From the NCBI GenBank assembly GCA_015492295.1, contig WGFI01000019.1, forward strand, positions 1 through 61,457: a DNA stretch of 61,457 nucleotides, read 5' to 3'. This DNA comes from a candidate division WOR-3 bacterium. GTDB taxonomy: Bacteria; Hydrothermota; Hydrothermia; LBFQ01. A program made the position numbers and the translations under genes. A model generated the notes under the pieces. The model worked only from the letters and a program-made list of their open reading frames with translations. It did no database searches and was not told the DNA's origin. Positions 54,701 to 61,457 of this stretch are shown here, piece by piece (positions within the stretch are counted from its first letter, which is position 1; each line of letters begins with the position of its first letter).

Positions 54701-55235
54701 AACCAACCTCCTTCAGTAGATCACTTAACCTAAACTTAACCCCCTCCAAAAGCTCAACCTCATCATATTCACTAAAAATCTCCGTTTTTTCTGATGTTAA
54801 TATTATTATTTTTTTCGATTTAAGAAATACCCATACCTGACGATTTGTACCCCAACGGCGATAATCTTCCATCTTTTCAAGTATATATACGGCATCTTCG
54901 TCAGTTGAAATTATCTCAACTATTAAATTCGGAGGTTCGTTTATTATCTCATTTTTAAGATTCCATCTGTCCCTGGATATAACAACTATATCCGCTCCTC
55001 GTAAGGTAAATGGATACTTTGAGATCATCAAGGATACTTCTCCAACAAAAATTAGATATTTTCTTCTATCAAGGTGTTTTCTAAGAAGATAAGATATTTC
55101 CATTTCCAACCAAGCAAGCAAATCTCTTGCAGGCATTTTTTTGACCTCCTTACCGTTGATAATATCCGAAACGTCGTGAGGTATTCTACCAGATATGTAA
55201 TCTTCATAGGTCCAGATTTTCTCTTTAACCGTCAT
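54684..55235 (-). CDS. Uma2-family putative endonuclease, copy 5 (subfamily B), first gene of the array
   Basis: 183 aa from MTVKEKIW (ATG 55235), preceded by a GGAGGT SD and a GTTTATAAT box. Confidence 0.65.
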   Translation of the reverse strand: MTVKEKIWTYEDYISGRIPHDVSDIINGKEVKKMPARDLLAWLEMEISYLLRKHLDRRKYLIFVGEVSLMISKYPFTLRGADIVVISRDRWNLKNEIINEPPNLIVEIISTDEDAVYILEKMEDYRRWGTNRQVWVFLKSKKIIILTSEKTEIFSEYDEVELLEGVKFRLSDLLKEVGYEGNS

Positions 55236-55255
55236 AAGGAACCTCCAATACAAAT

Positions 55256-55264
55256 ATTATAAAC
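55256..55264 (-). promoter_or_regulatory. Putative -10 element (TTTCAAGTTTATAAT) for the Uma2 array
   Basis: Reverse complement reads GTTTATAAT. The 20-nt leader contains GGAGGT before the ATG at 55235. Confidence 0.5.
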
Positions 55265-55286
55265 TTGAAAGGTTCGTCATACACGG

Positions 55287-55985
55287 TCATTTTTCTATAT
55301 TTCCTGAAATCCCCAAATTTCCAAGTATAGCTGGTGTGCTTGCTCTGTTAAGACCAGTATCATAAAATCTTTCAATATTTAAAAATCCGTATATTCTTAA
55401 ATCTTCTCCAATATAACCTCTCAGGGTGAATCCTCCGAAAGGATGCAATCCGTACTTTGATATATCTACTTTTATATACGCTACAAAGTATCGCGTGGAT
55501 AAGTTTCCTCCTACCGAAGCTATTAAATTCTTCAAAGAAAATCTATCAATATCGGGATATGCTTTGTCATATCTTATCGGATAGAAATCAACATATATGC
55601 TTATATCATTTAATAGAGTGTAAATCCTTGGCCCTGAGAGAATCAACGTTCTATTTAAAGCATCCACATCGTGCTTACACCTATGGATATATCCTATGCC
55701 GAACTTCTTAAAGTAATAAACTAAACCTTCTGAGAAATATATCCCTCTAGGTCTGAAAAATATGGGACTATACGGATCCGCTATAAATTCCATATGAGCC
55801 ATAAAGCTTAATCCCTTAACGATATTTATCTCACCCCCAAACCTCGCTTGCCACATATGATCCCGATCTCTTAGCAAATAAACCGCAAAGGACATATAAA
55901 ACTTCGCCTTTTTCAATAGACCCGAGTTACCTTGTAAGGGAATCTGATCCCTATCTGGGAATGAAAAGGAGATCACAAAAATCAT
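55287..55985 (-). CDS. Hypothetical beta-strand-rich protein
   Basis: The start was moved to Met13 (ATG 55985) on the promoter-motif evidence. 232 aa, aromatic/Gly-rich with an alternating pattern. No clear signal peptide and no family recognised. Confidence 0.35.
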   Translation of the reverse strand: MIFVISFSFPDRDQIPLQGNSGLLKKAKFYMSFAVYLLRDRDHMWQARFGGEINIVKGLSFMAHMEFIADPYSPIFFRPRGIYFSEGLVYYFKKFGIGYIHRCKHDVDALNRTLILSGPRIYTLLNDISIYVDFYPIRYDKAYPDIDRFSLKNLIASVGGNLSTRYFVAYIKVDISKYGLHPFGGFTLRGYIGEDLRIYGFLNIERFYDTGLNRASTPAILGNLGISGNIEK

Positions 55986-55992
55986 ATCATGT

Positions 55993-56001
55993 ATTTTAAG
56001 G
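55993..56001 (-). promoter_or_regulatory. Putative -10 element (TCAACCTTAAAAT) for hypothetical gene
   Basis: Reverse complement reads CCTTAAAAT, then a 7-nt spacer, then the ATG at 55985. It lies back-to-back with the tRNA-Leu promoter. Confidence 0.45.
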
Positions 56002-56020
56002 TTGATGGTAAAAGTTTCCA

Positions 56021-56029
56021 CTTTAAAAT
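56021..56029 (+). promoter_or_regulatory. Putative -10 element (CTTTAAAAT) for tRNA-Leu
   Basis: CCACTTTAAAAT lies 9 nt upstream of the tRNA-Leu 5' end. Confidence 0.5.
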
Positions 56030-56038
56030 ATCTTCTTC

Positions 56039-56123
56039 GCCGGGGTGGCGGAATTGGCAGACGCAGGGGACTTAAAATCCTCTGGGGTAAATCCCCGTGC
56101 GGGTTCGAGTCCCGCCCCCGGCA
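56039..56123 (+). tRNA. tRNA-Leu (anticodon TAA), class II with long variable arm
   Basis: Folded manually. Acceptor GCCGGGG/CCCCGGC, anticodon stem GGGGA/TCCTC with loop CTTAAAA, variable arm TGGGGTAAATCCCCGT, T arm GCGGG-TTCGAGT-CCCGC. No encoded CCA. Confidence 0.9.
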
Positions 56124-56142
56124 TTTGTTTCACAAACCTCTG

Positions 56143-56385
56143 GTGTTTTATATATTTCTGTTTATACTTGGTTTCATAGCAGGGGAAATGCTAAGTGCCC
56201 TCCTACCCATGGTCCTACCCCGCAGTGGCGCATTGGATGTTATCACATATAAGGTTAGCGTAGGATTGGAAAACATCAGGTTGGATCTGCTGTTTTTGGT
56301 GTTAGGTTTCACCATAAAGTTTAAAATATCCCTACTTGGAATAATCACATCGCTTATATTTGTGGTGATAGGAAGGATGTTATGA
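56143..56385 (+). CDS. Small two-TM membrane protein (DUF4321-like)
   Basis: The ORF-track start at 56002 runs through the tRNA and is rejected. In-frame candidate starts are TTG 56125, GTG 56143 and ATG 56188. The pattern FLFILGFIAGEMLSALLP...ISLLGIITSLIFVVIG resembles the DUF4321 family. Confidence 0.35.
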   Translation: MFYIFLFILGFIAGEMLSALLPMVLPRSGALDVITYKVSVGLENIRLDLLFLVLGFTIKFKISLLGIITSLIFVVIGRML

Positions 56386-57038
56386 TAGCATTCATAGGTG
56401 GGGATAGGTTCATTCTCGTTAATTCTGAAAAGGAGATAAGTTTGAATCGTGAAAATATAAGCGGTTGGATAGTCTTACATCCGAAAGAGTTAATTTACAT
56501 AAATTATATGGGTAAGAGGGTTCCGTTCTGTGGAAACGCTGCGAGAGTTATAGGGTATTTAAATGCTTCAAAACGCGGTTTAAAAGAGTACATAATAGAT
56601 GCCAAGGGACCAAAGAAGGTTATAATAAATGGTAAATCCGTGGGAATAGAGATACCCGTGATTTATAAAAATTTCGGTGAATTTTCATTGGTGGAAATGG
56701 AAGGGGTGAAACATATAGTTTTCAGAAAAAGAACGAAAGATTTACCTTTAAAACCCTTAGCAGAATCCATTCAGAAGGTTTGGAATGATATTCATTTCAA
56801 TGTGTATGAGTATATCGGTGGAAAAATTTTTGTTCGCACTTGGGAATATGGATATATTTATGAACCTGGCGGGTGCGCCACGGGAACGCTCGCTTGCGGT
56901 GTTGATTATATACTAAGAACAAGCAGAAGCGAAATTAAAACCTCCACTCTATCCGGAGATGAGGGAAGGGTCTATGTTAGAGGTGATTCGTTCGTTTTAG
57001 AGAATACCATAAAACTCTACGATGAAAGTATTTCGTGA
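56382..57038 (+). CDS. Short diaminopimelate-epimerase-fold protein (DapF-like)
   Basis: 218 aa. FCGNAARVIGY and VRTWEYGYIYEPGGCATGTLACGV resemble the two catalytic-Cys blocks of DapF, but the protein is shorter than typical DapF. Confidence 0.5.
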   Translation: MIAFIGGDRFILVNSEKEISLNRENISGWIVLHPKELIYINYMGKRVPFCGNAARVIGYLNASKRGLKEYIIDAKGPKKVIINGKSVGIEIPVIYKNFGEFSLVEMEGVKHIVFRKRTKDLPLKPLAESIQKVWNDIHFNVYEYIGGKIFVRTWEYGYIYEPGGCATGTLACGVDYILRTSRSEIKTSTLSGDEGRVYVRGDSFVLENTIKLYDESIS

Positions 57039-57706
57039 AGTCTCTTATAAACCTCCGTTATATCTCTCTGCGTATTTCTAAAAACATCCTTATCTAAGCT
57101 CTCCCCCTCGCTCGTCCATACTCTAAAAGTATCCGGACTTATCTCATCCGCTATCACCAACCTCCCATCCTCGGTGTATCCAAATTCATACTTTATATCC
57201 ACGAGTTTTAAAGATTTTTTGGAAAAGAAATCGGTTAAGATGTATGTCGCTTCCAGCGCCAAACTCTCAACCCTGTCTATCTCTTCCTCTCTCATCCAGC
57301 CAAATCTAATAATATGACTTTTACACACCAAGGGATCTCCGAGTTCATCGGACTTATAAAAATATTCAACAAGAGGAGGATTAAACTCGTAACCTTTGTT
57401 TATTCCAAGTCTTTTAACTATGCTCCCGGTAGCTATATTCCTTACAACGACCTCCACCGGTATAATCCTTACCATATAAGCCTTGAAACCGTTCGTATCC
57501 TCTTCTATGAAGTGTGTGGGTATCCCATTATCTTTGAGCAGTTTGAACAACAAACTTGAAATCTTGAAGCAATAATAACCCTTTCCCTTAAATTCAGCCT
57601 TGAACTGGGCATTAAAAGCCGTAACCTCATCTTTAAACTCTAGAAAGACCTTCCCATCACCGATGTCATAAACCTTCTTTGATTTTCCCTCATAAATGAG
57701 CTTCAT
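57017..57706 (-). CDS. purC: Phosphoribosylaminoimidazole-succinocarboxamide synthase
   Basis: 229 aa (MKLIYEGKSKKVY, LVDIKYEFG, DEISPDTFRVW). Confidence 0.9.
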   Translation of the reverse strand: MKLIYEGKSKKVYDIGDGKVFLEFKDEVTAFNAQFKAEFKGKGYYCFKISSLLFKLLKDNGIPTHFIEEDTNGFKAYMVRIIPVEVVVRNIATGSIVKRLGINKGYEFNPPLVEYFYKSDELGDPLVCKSHIIRFGWMREEEIDRVESLALEATYILTDFFSKKSLKLVDIKYEFGYTEDGRLVIADEISPDTFRVWTSEGESLDKDVFRNTQRDITEVYKRLHEILSS

Positions 57707-57714
57707 AGCTGGGA

Positions 57715-57722
57715 ATTATACG
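57715..57722 (-). promoter_or_regulatory. Putative -10 element (CGTATAAT) for purC
   Basis: Reverse complement reads CGTATAAT, then an 8-nt spacer, then the ATG at 57706. It overlaps the 3' end of the upstream nitroreductase gene. Confidence 0.45.
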
Positions 57723-58312
57723 ATCGTAAATTTTCTATCGTCTATCTCCTTTGGAACGGGAGTTTCATCCGCATATCCTAAGTTCAAAGCGAAAGCTATA
57801 TTTAAATCCTGTTCTCCAAGAAATTCCTTCATCTCCTTCTCCACGGTGATATTATGGAAAGTAAAGCTCCCCGTATCCAAGCCGTTCTTCTTGGCTTCAA
57901 GCATTATGACCTCTGCTATCATCCAAGCGACTTTCCAATTGTATAAGGTTTCCTCATCCCATTTATCCTTATCCCAGCTGTCAAGTTTGGTTAAACCTAT
58001 AAGGGTTATAGGTGCCCCTCCCAAATCTTTTAGGAACTCCCTCATAAGGTTATTTAAATGTTCCTTGAATTCCTCTGGAACGATTCTCCCTAAGATGGCT
58101 ATGTCTTTTACGATGCTATAATTGAGTCTCATGATGCTCAACGACTCTTCCCTCGCCTTTCCCATAAGTATATACAGTTTGAACGGTATTGGAAAGGGTT
58201 TTAAAACTTCTTCAACCGACCTCAATATACTTTGTATTACCTCATCGGAAGGTGTATCGGGTTTATACTTTCTTATAGTTCGGCGATTCTTTATGAACTT
58301 CAAAACCTCCAT
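57716..58312 (-). CDS. Nitroreductase-family protein
   Basis: 198 aa with the N-terminal NRRTIRKYKPD block. AAGGAGGTGA SD. Confidence 0.65.
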   Translation of the reverse strand: MEVLKFIKNRRTIRKYKPDTPSDEVIQSILRSVEEVLKPFPIPFKLYILMGKAREESLSIMRLNYSIVKDIAILGRIVPEEFKEHLNNLMREFLKDLGGAPITLIGLTKLDSWDKDKWDEETLYNWKVAWMIAEVIMLEAKKNGLDTGSFTFHNITVEKEMKEFLGEQDLNIAFALNLGYADETPVPKEIDDRKFTIV

Positions 58313-58315
58313 ATC

Positions 58316-58777
58316 TCACCTCCTTATTACATAATCAAGTTTTCCACCGAGATCCAGCGGATTTCCTTCTGGATAGCCAACGAGTATCACGAAAGGTAAA
58401 TCGTAATTGGTTTCCGATAATCCAGAAATAGAAAAGCATAAATACTTCACTTCATCGGATACATTTGGCTCAATATAAACACCGAGATCCATACTTTCAG
58501 CCTGATAAGCTATATTCACCGCTATCGCGGAGGCGCTTCCTATGTTTGCCAAATGGTTGGGAAGCATGATACCCTTGACCACAAAGGGCAGAATCACCAC
58601 CGGTGCATATATACCGAGCTTATCGGTTATTTCCTTTCTTCTATCCGAAACTACCGCCACTATATGCCAGGGCTGAGGTGGATTGTATCCGTAGGGCGCG
58701 TAAAAACCCGCTCTTATTAAAACATCTACCGCATCCTTATCAACATCCTTCGCTTTAAACTTATTATATATCCTCAT
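58316..58777 (-). CDS. Short nitroreductase-like protein
   Basis: 153 aa (DKDAVDVLIRAGFYAPYGYNPPQPWHIVAV). Confidence 0.5.
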   Translation of the reverse strand: MRIYNKFKAKDVDKDAVDVLIRAGFYAPYGYNPPQPWHIVAVVSDRRKEITDKLGIYAPVVILPFVVKGIMLPNHLANIGSASAIAVNIAYQAESMDLGVYIEPNVSDEVKYLCFSISGLSETNYDLPFVILVGYPEGNPLDLGGKLDYVIRR

Positions 58778-58785
58778 AATGTGAT

Positions 58786-58794
58786 ATTATAAGG
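58786..58794 (-). promoter_or_regulatory. Putative -10 element (TTTCAACCTTATAAT) for nitroreductase pair
   Basis: Reverse complement reads CCTTATAAT, then an 8-nt spacer, then the ATG at 58777. Confidence 0.5.
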
Positions 58795-58802
58795 TTGAAA
58801 GA

Positions 58803-59660
58803 TCACCATTTAAATCTCACCACGGGTAGCGTCGTATCCCTTGACCAAACCGCAAAACTTCCATCAAATACCTTCAACTTCTTCTTATCGTAGCCCATAA
58901 GCCTGAAAATGAAATAACCCAACGATGCTTCCCTGCCTGTATTGCAATAAAATATATATTTTGAGTTCGGATTAACTAAGAACTTCAATATACTGTCTAT
59001 CTTCTCGGCGCTTTTTATCACATAATAACCATCTTTTGTTCTCTCAAAGAAGAATTCATAAGGTAACGGAATGGATTCTGGTATATGTCCGTACCTTGAA
59101 TAGAAAGGTTGGCCTTTTACACCAAAGTAATATCCGATCGGTCTTACATCAAATATCTGATATTCCGGATTCCCTAAGACCTTTAATACGAACTCCTTGG
59201 TCGCTATTATAGAACTGTCGGGTTTAACTTTCAGCCTCCTTCTGGGTCTCAGACCCTTCTTTTTACTCGTAGGAAGTTTATATCTTTTCCAAGCCTCAAA
59301 CCCCCCGTTAAGTATATAAACATTTTTAAATCCTAAGAATTCAAGAACGAAAAAAAGCCTCGCAGGGTTAGCGTAAAATACAGGCATGGCGGCCGATGAA
59401 TAAATGAGTATGGGATCATTCTGCCTTATTCCCAATGAGGATAATACCTTAACCAAGGTGTCAAGATCCTTCATCTGAAAAGGAATGTTATCCTTCGCCA
59501 TTAGGAACCTTTCAATAGGCAAATTGACCGCTCCAACTATATGTCCTTTCTTGTATTCAGATGGGGGTCTTAAATCTATGATGGTTTGCACTCTTAACCT
59601 TTTAACATCCTTTGGCTCAACGAGTATATTTACAGGATACGCGCATAGGATCATGACCAT
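58803..59660 (-). CDS. Tandem-rhodanese sulfurtransferase
   Basis: Two rhodanese domains with the active-site loop YCNTGREAS. The start was moved from GTG 59696 to ATG 59660 because CCTTAGAAT plus 8 nt precedes that ATG. Confidence 0.7.
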   Translation of the reverse strand: MVMILCAYPVNILVEPKDVKRLRVQTIIDLRPPSEYKKGHIVGAVNLPIERFLMAKDNIPFQMKDLDTLVKVLSSLGIRQNDPILIYSSAAMPVFYANPARLFFVLEFLGFKNVYILNGGFEAWKRYKLPTSKKKGLRPRRRLKVKPDSSIIATKEFVLKVLGNPEYQIFDVRPIGYYFGVKGQPFYSRYGHIPESIPLPYEFFFERTKDGYYVIKSAEKIDSILKFLVNPNSKYIFYCNTGREASLGYFIFRLMGYDKKKLKVFDGSFAVWSRDTTLPVVRFKW

Positions 59661-59668
59661 AAGCCTAT

Positions 59669-59677
59669 ATTCTAAGG
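59669..59677 (-). promoter_or_regulatory. Putative -10 element (CCTTAGAAT) for rhodanese gene
   Basis: Reverse complement reads CCTTAGAAT, then an 8-nt spacer (ATAGGCTT), then the ATG at 59660. Confidence 0.35.
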
Positions 59678-59695
59678 TCGTAATTTCATAAACCA

Positions 59696-59704
59696 CCTTA
59701 TAAT
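59696..59704 (+). promoter_or_regulatory. Putative -10 element (CCTTATAAT) for small OMP-ribE unit
   Basis: CACCTTATAAT, then a 9-nt spacer, then the ATG at 59714. Confidence 0.5.
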
Positions 59705-59713
59705 ACTTAGATT

Positions 59714-60166
59714 ATGTTAGGTCTTATATTGCTGAGTAGTTCGGCTCTTACAACCGTTCCTTCATCCGGTATAAGTATAGGGATAGTCATAGGTGATCCT
59801 ACCGGCTTATCTCTGAAATTCTGGGGTGTTGGACAAAACTCAGCCTTACAGCTGCATGTCGGCGGAGGTGGGTTTGTCGCACCTGCGGATCTATCCGTCA
59901 GTGGCTCCCTACTCTTCCATGCTTTGCTCACGAGGGAAACTCCTGTAAATGGTTACCTTGGAGTTGGCGCATTCCTCGGTATGGAGACGGGGAAGAATGA
60001 CCAAGCGGTTATTGGGATAATAATTCCTCTGGGTCTTGAATTTATATTTACCGAGGTCCCATTGGACCTGTTCATAGAGGTTCCTCCTGCCATAGGATTC
60101 ACAACGAACGGCGAGGTCAGGGCAGGATTGACCTTCGGTATAGGTTTAAGGTTCATCCTGAAATAG
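59714..60166 (+). CDS. Small putative outer-membrane beta-barrel protein
   Basis: 150 aa with a signal-like N-terminus, Gly-rich alternating strands, and a C-terminus reading GLTFGIGLRFILK. Confidence 0.4.
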   Translation: MLGLILLSSSALTTVPSSGISIGIVIGDPTGLSLKFWGVGQNSALQLHVGGGGFVAPADLSVSGSLLFHALLTRETPVNGYLGVGAFLGMETGKNDQAVIGIIIPLGLEFIFTEVPLDLFIEVPPAIGFTTNGEVRAGLTFGIGLRFILK

Positions 60167-60768
60167 TGTTTTCGGGTATAGTTGAAGGTAGATGTAGGGT
60201 TAAAAAGATTGATAAACATTTGAGGGGTTGGAAAGTATCCTTCCAGTTTGAAGATGATGTGAAGCTGAATGTCGGACAGTCGGTTAGCATAGATGGTGTG
60301 TGTCTTACGGTTGAGGAGTATAAGGATAAAGTTGCGAAATTTTTCCTTTCCGATGAGACCTTGAATAGAACCAAGTTTGGTAAGGTCTTACACGAAGGGT
60401 ATGTATGCAATTATGAAAGGGGACTCAAAGTGGGAAGTAGAATTGACGGGCATTTTGTTTTGGGGCATGTTGATGGTGTTGGTGAGATAGTTGAAATTGA
60501 AGATTACGGCGAGGATGGATGGGAGGTTTGGGTTAGGGTGCCCGAGAGGTTGGAGGCGTATCTATCTCCCAAGGGATCAATAGCATTGGATGGTGTGAGT
60601 TTGACCATAAACGAGGTGCAGAGAAACATCATAAGTATAAGATTGATTCCTCATACTCTGCGGATAACATCCTTGGGACTTAGAAAGAAAGGGGATCTAC
60701 TCAATGTTGAGGTTGATGTCATAGCGAGATATATCGTTTCCTATCTTGAAAAATATGGTAAAGGTTGA
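60166..60768 (+). CDS. ribE: Riboflavin synthase alpha subunit
   Basis: 200 aa with N-terminal MFSGIVEG and duplicated lumazine-binding repeats (DGVCLTV / DGVSLTI). GTG start overlapping the upstream stop. Confidence 0.9.
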   Translation: MFSGIVEGRCRVKKIDKHLRGWKVSFQFEDDVKLNVGQSVSIDGVCLTVEEYKDKVAKFFLSDETLNRTKFGKVLHEGYVCNYERGLKVGSRIDGHFVLGHVDGVGEIVEIEDYGEDGWEVWVRVPERLEAYLSPKGSIALDGVSLTINEVQRNIISIRLIPHTLRITSLGLRKKGDLLNVEVDVIARYIVSYLEKYGKG

Positions 60769-61084
60769 GTTTCTTTTTTGGAGGGAATGTCCATCTCATG
60801 AGATGTGTTTGCAGAGGCTTAAAAGGGTTTTGGATTCTATGAAGGTGGAATATAATCTTAAAATCATAGAGGTTAAAACCGAAGAAGATGCTAAGAAGTT
60901 CAAGTTCCCGGGTTCCCCCACGATCAGAATAAACGGAATTGATATACAACCCGAAAGTTCAAAGGGACCATACGGTTTGAGTTGTAGGGCGTATATCATA
61001 GAGGGAAGAGTCCTACCTGTGCCTACGGAAAAGTATATTGAGGAAAGTATAAGGAGGATTTTAAAAATTAGTGATATAAAGTAA
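60746..61084 (+). CDS. Thioredoxin-fold small protein (unassigned family)
   Basis: 112 aa. It has an early Cys pair (CPSHEMC) and an FPGSPTIRINGIDI block typical of small Trx-like proteins. The exact start (Met1 or Met4) is uncertain. Confidence 0.35.
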   Translation: MKNMVKVEFLFWRECPSHEMCLQRLKRVLDSMKVEYNLKIIEVKTEEDAKKFKFPGSPTIRINGIDIQPESSKGPYGLSCRAYIIEGRVLPVPTEKYIEESIRRILKISDIK

Positions 61085-61165
61085 GATGAAGTAGGGATTG
61101 GCGTTGAAGATGAGGACGGAAGTAAGGTTATCAGCATATCAGTATAATACCCCAAAGGCTTGCTA

Positions 61166-61187
61166 AAACACCCTCGTTGGAGTGTTT
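61166..61187 (-). terminator. Possible intrinsic terminator hairpin downstream of the truncated minus-strand gene
   Basis: Minus-strand AAACAC-TCCAACGAGG-GTGTTTT. The stem has 6 bp, extendable to 8 bp with one bulge, and runs into a short T tract. It lies 3 nt after the stop at 61190. Confidence 0.35.
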
Positions 61188-61189
61188 GA

Positions 61190-61457
61190 CTACCTAACTA
61201 TAACCTTAAAGACCTTATCCTTAAACTTAACGAAATAAACACCTCTTGGAAGAACAACTCTGCCCTTGCCCCTAAAAACCAACCTTCCATCAATAGAATA
61301 AACCTCACCAACATCTTTGAGCTCAATTAAACCTTTACTAACATTCAAAACTCCATCAACTTCACCTCTAACAACCTCCTTAACCCCAGTTATCTTACTG
61401 ATTATCCCCCTGAAAAACCAAGCATTGCCTCCTAATCCCTATATGCTATCAAACTAC
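61190..61457 (-). CDS. 3' end of a gene encoding a T9SS-type C-terminal sorting domain (5' part outside the window)
   Basis: Manual minus-strand translation ends ...DVGEVYSIDGRLVFRGKGRVVLPRGVYFVKFKDKVFKVIVR*. This is the same tail pattern as the three other T9SS-tailed proteins. Confidence 0.6.

Noticed and set aside
52532-55253. Regular ~555-bp periodicity that could superficially suggest a repeat array or CRISPR-like structure
   Set aside because: The period is a full protein-coding gene (the Uma2 paralogs). There are no short direct repeats with unique spacers. No CRISPR array was seen anywhere in the window.
56039-56123. tRNA-Leu as an integration site of a prophage or integrative element
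   Set aside because: There is no integrase gene, and no duplicated tRNA 3' segment (att-like repeat) was found in the islet. The accessory genes lie on the 5' side of the tRNA.
56002-56142. N-terminal 47 codons of the 127-aa ORF at 56002-56385
   Set aside because: This part reads straight through tRNA-Leu (56039-56123). Only the downstream membrane-protein portion is plausible.

Overview
This is a 61.5-kb chromosomal window from a compact genome. Most genes abut or overlap by 4 nt. Coding strands are purine-rich and the proteins are rich in Lys, Glu, Ile and Arg. The organism is most likely a thermophilic diderm. Four proteins end in Por/T9SS-type C-terminal sorting domains and beta' carries a trigger-loop insertion. 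The lineage call is inference only.

The core backbone is tRNA-Trp-rpmG-secE-nusG-rplK-rplA-rplJ-rplL-rpoB-rpoC (13.4-25.6 kb). Housekeeping genes include asnB, ctaA, queG, rsfS, pncB, plsX, an unlisted rpmF, tadA, dprA, sod, purC and ribE, plus a metB / P1B-4 ATPase operon.

Findings judged most worth follow-up:
1. Five tandem, translationally coupled Uma2 (ex-DUF820) nuclease-fold paralogs with a hypervariable central patch. They sit in an IS-littered islet between dprA and tRNA-Leu (52.5-55.2 kb).
2. A four-gene poly-gamma-glutamate operon. Its last gene encodes a very basic, signal-peptide-bearing putative outer-membrane protein (33.7-38.2 kb).
3. A recurrent C(C/T)TTA(A/T)AAT -10 box lying 6-11 nt upstream of about two dozen first-gene start codons or tRNA 5' ends. 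This implies pervasive leaderless or near-leaderless transcripts and allowed several start codons to be revised.
4. Large lineage-specific insertions in RpoB (N-terminus) and NusG.
5. An envelope operon led by an orphan V-ATPase-F-like gene.

No CRISPR array, rRNA, integrase or intact transposase was seen. All family assignments come from reading motifs by eye. No searches were run.
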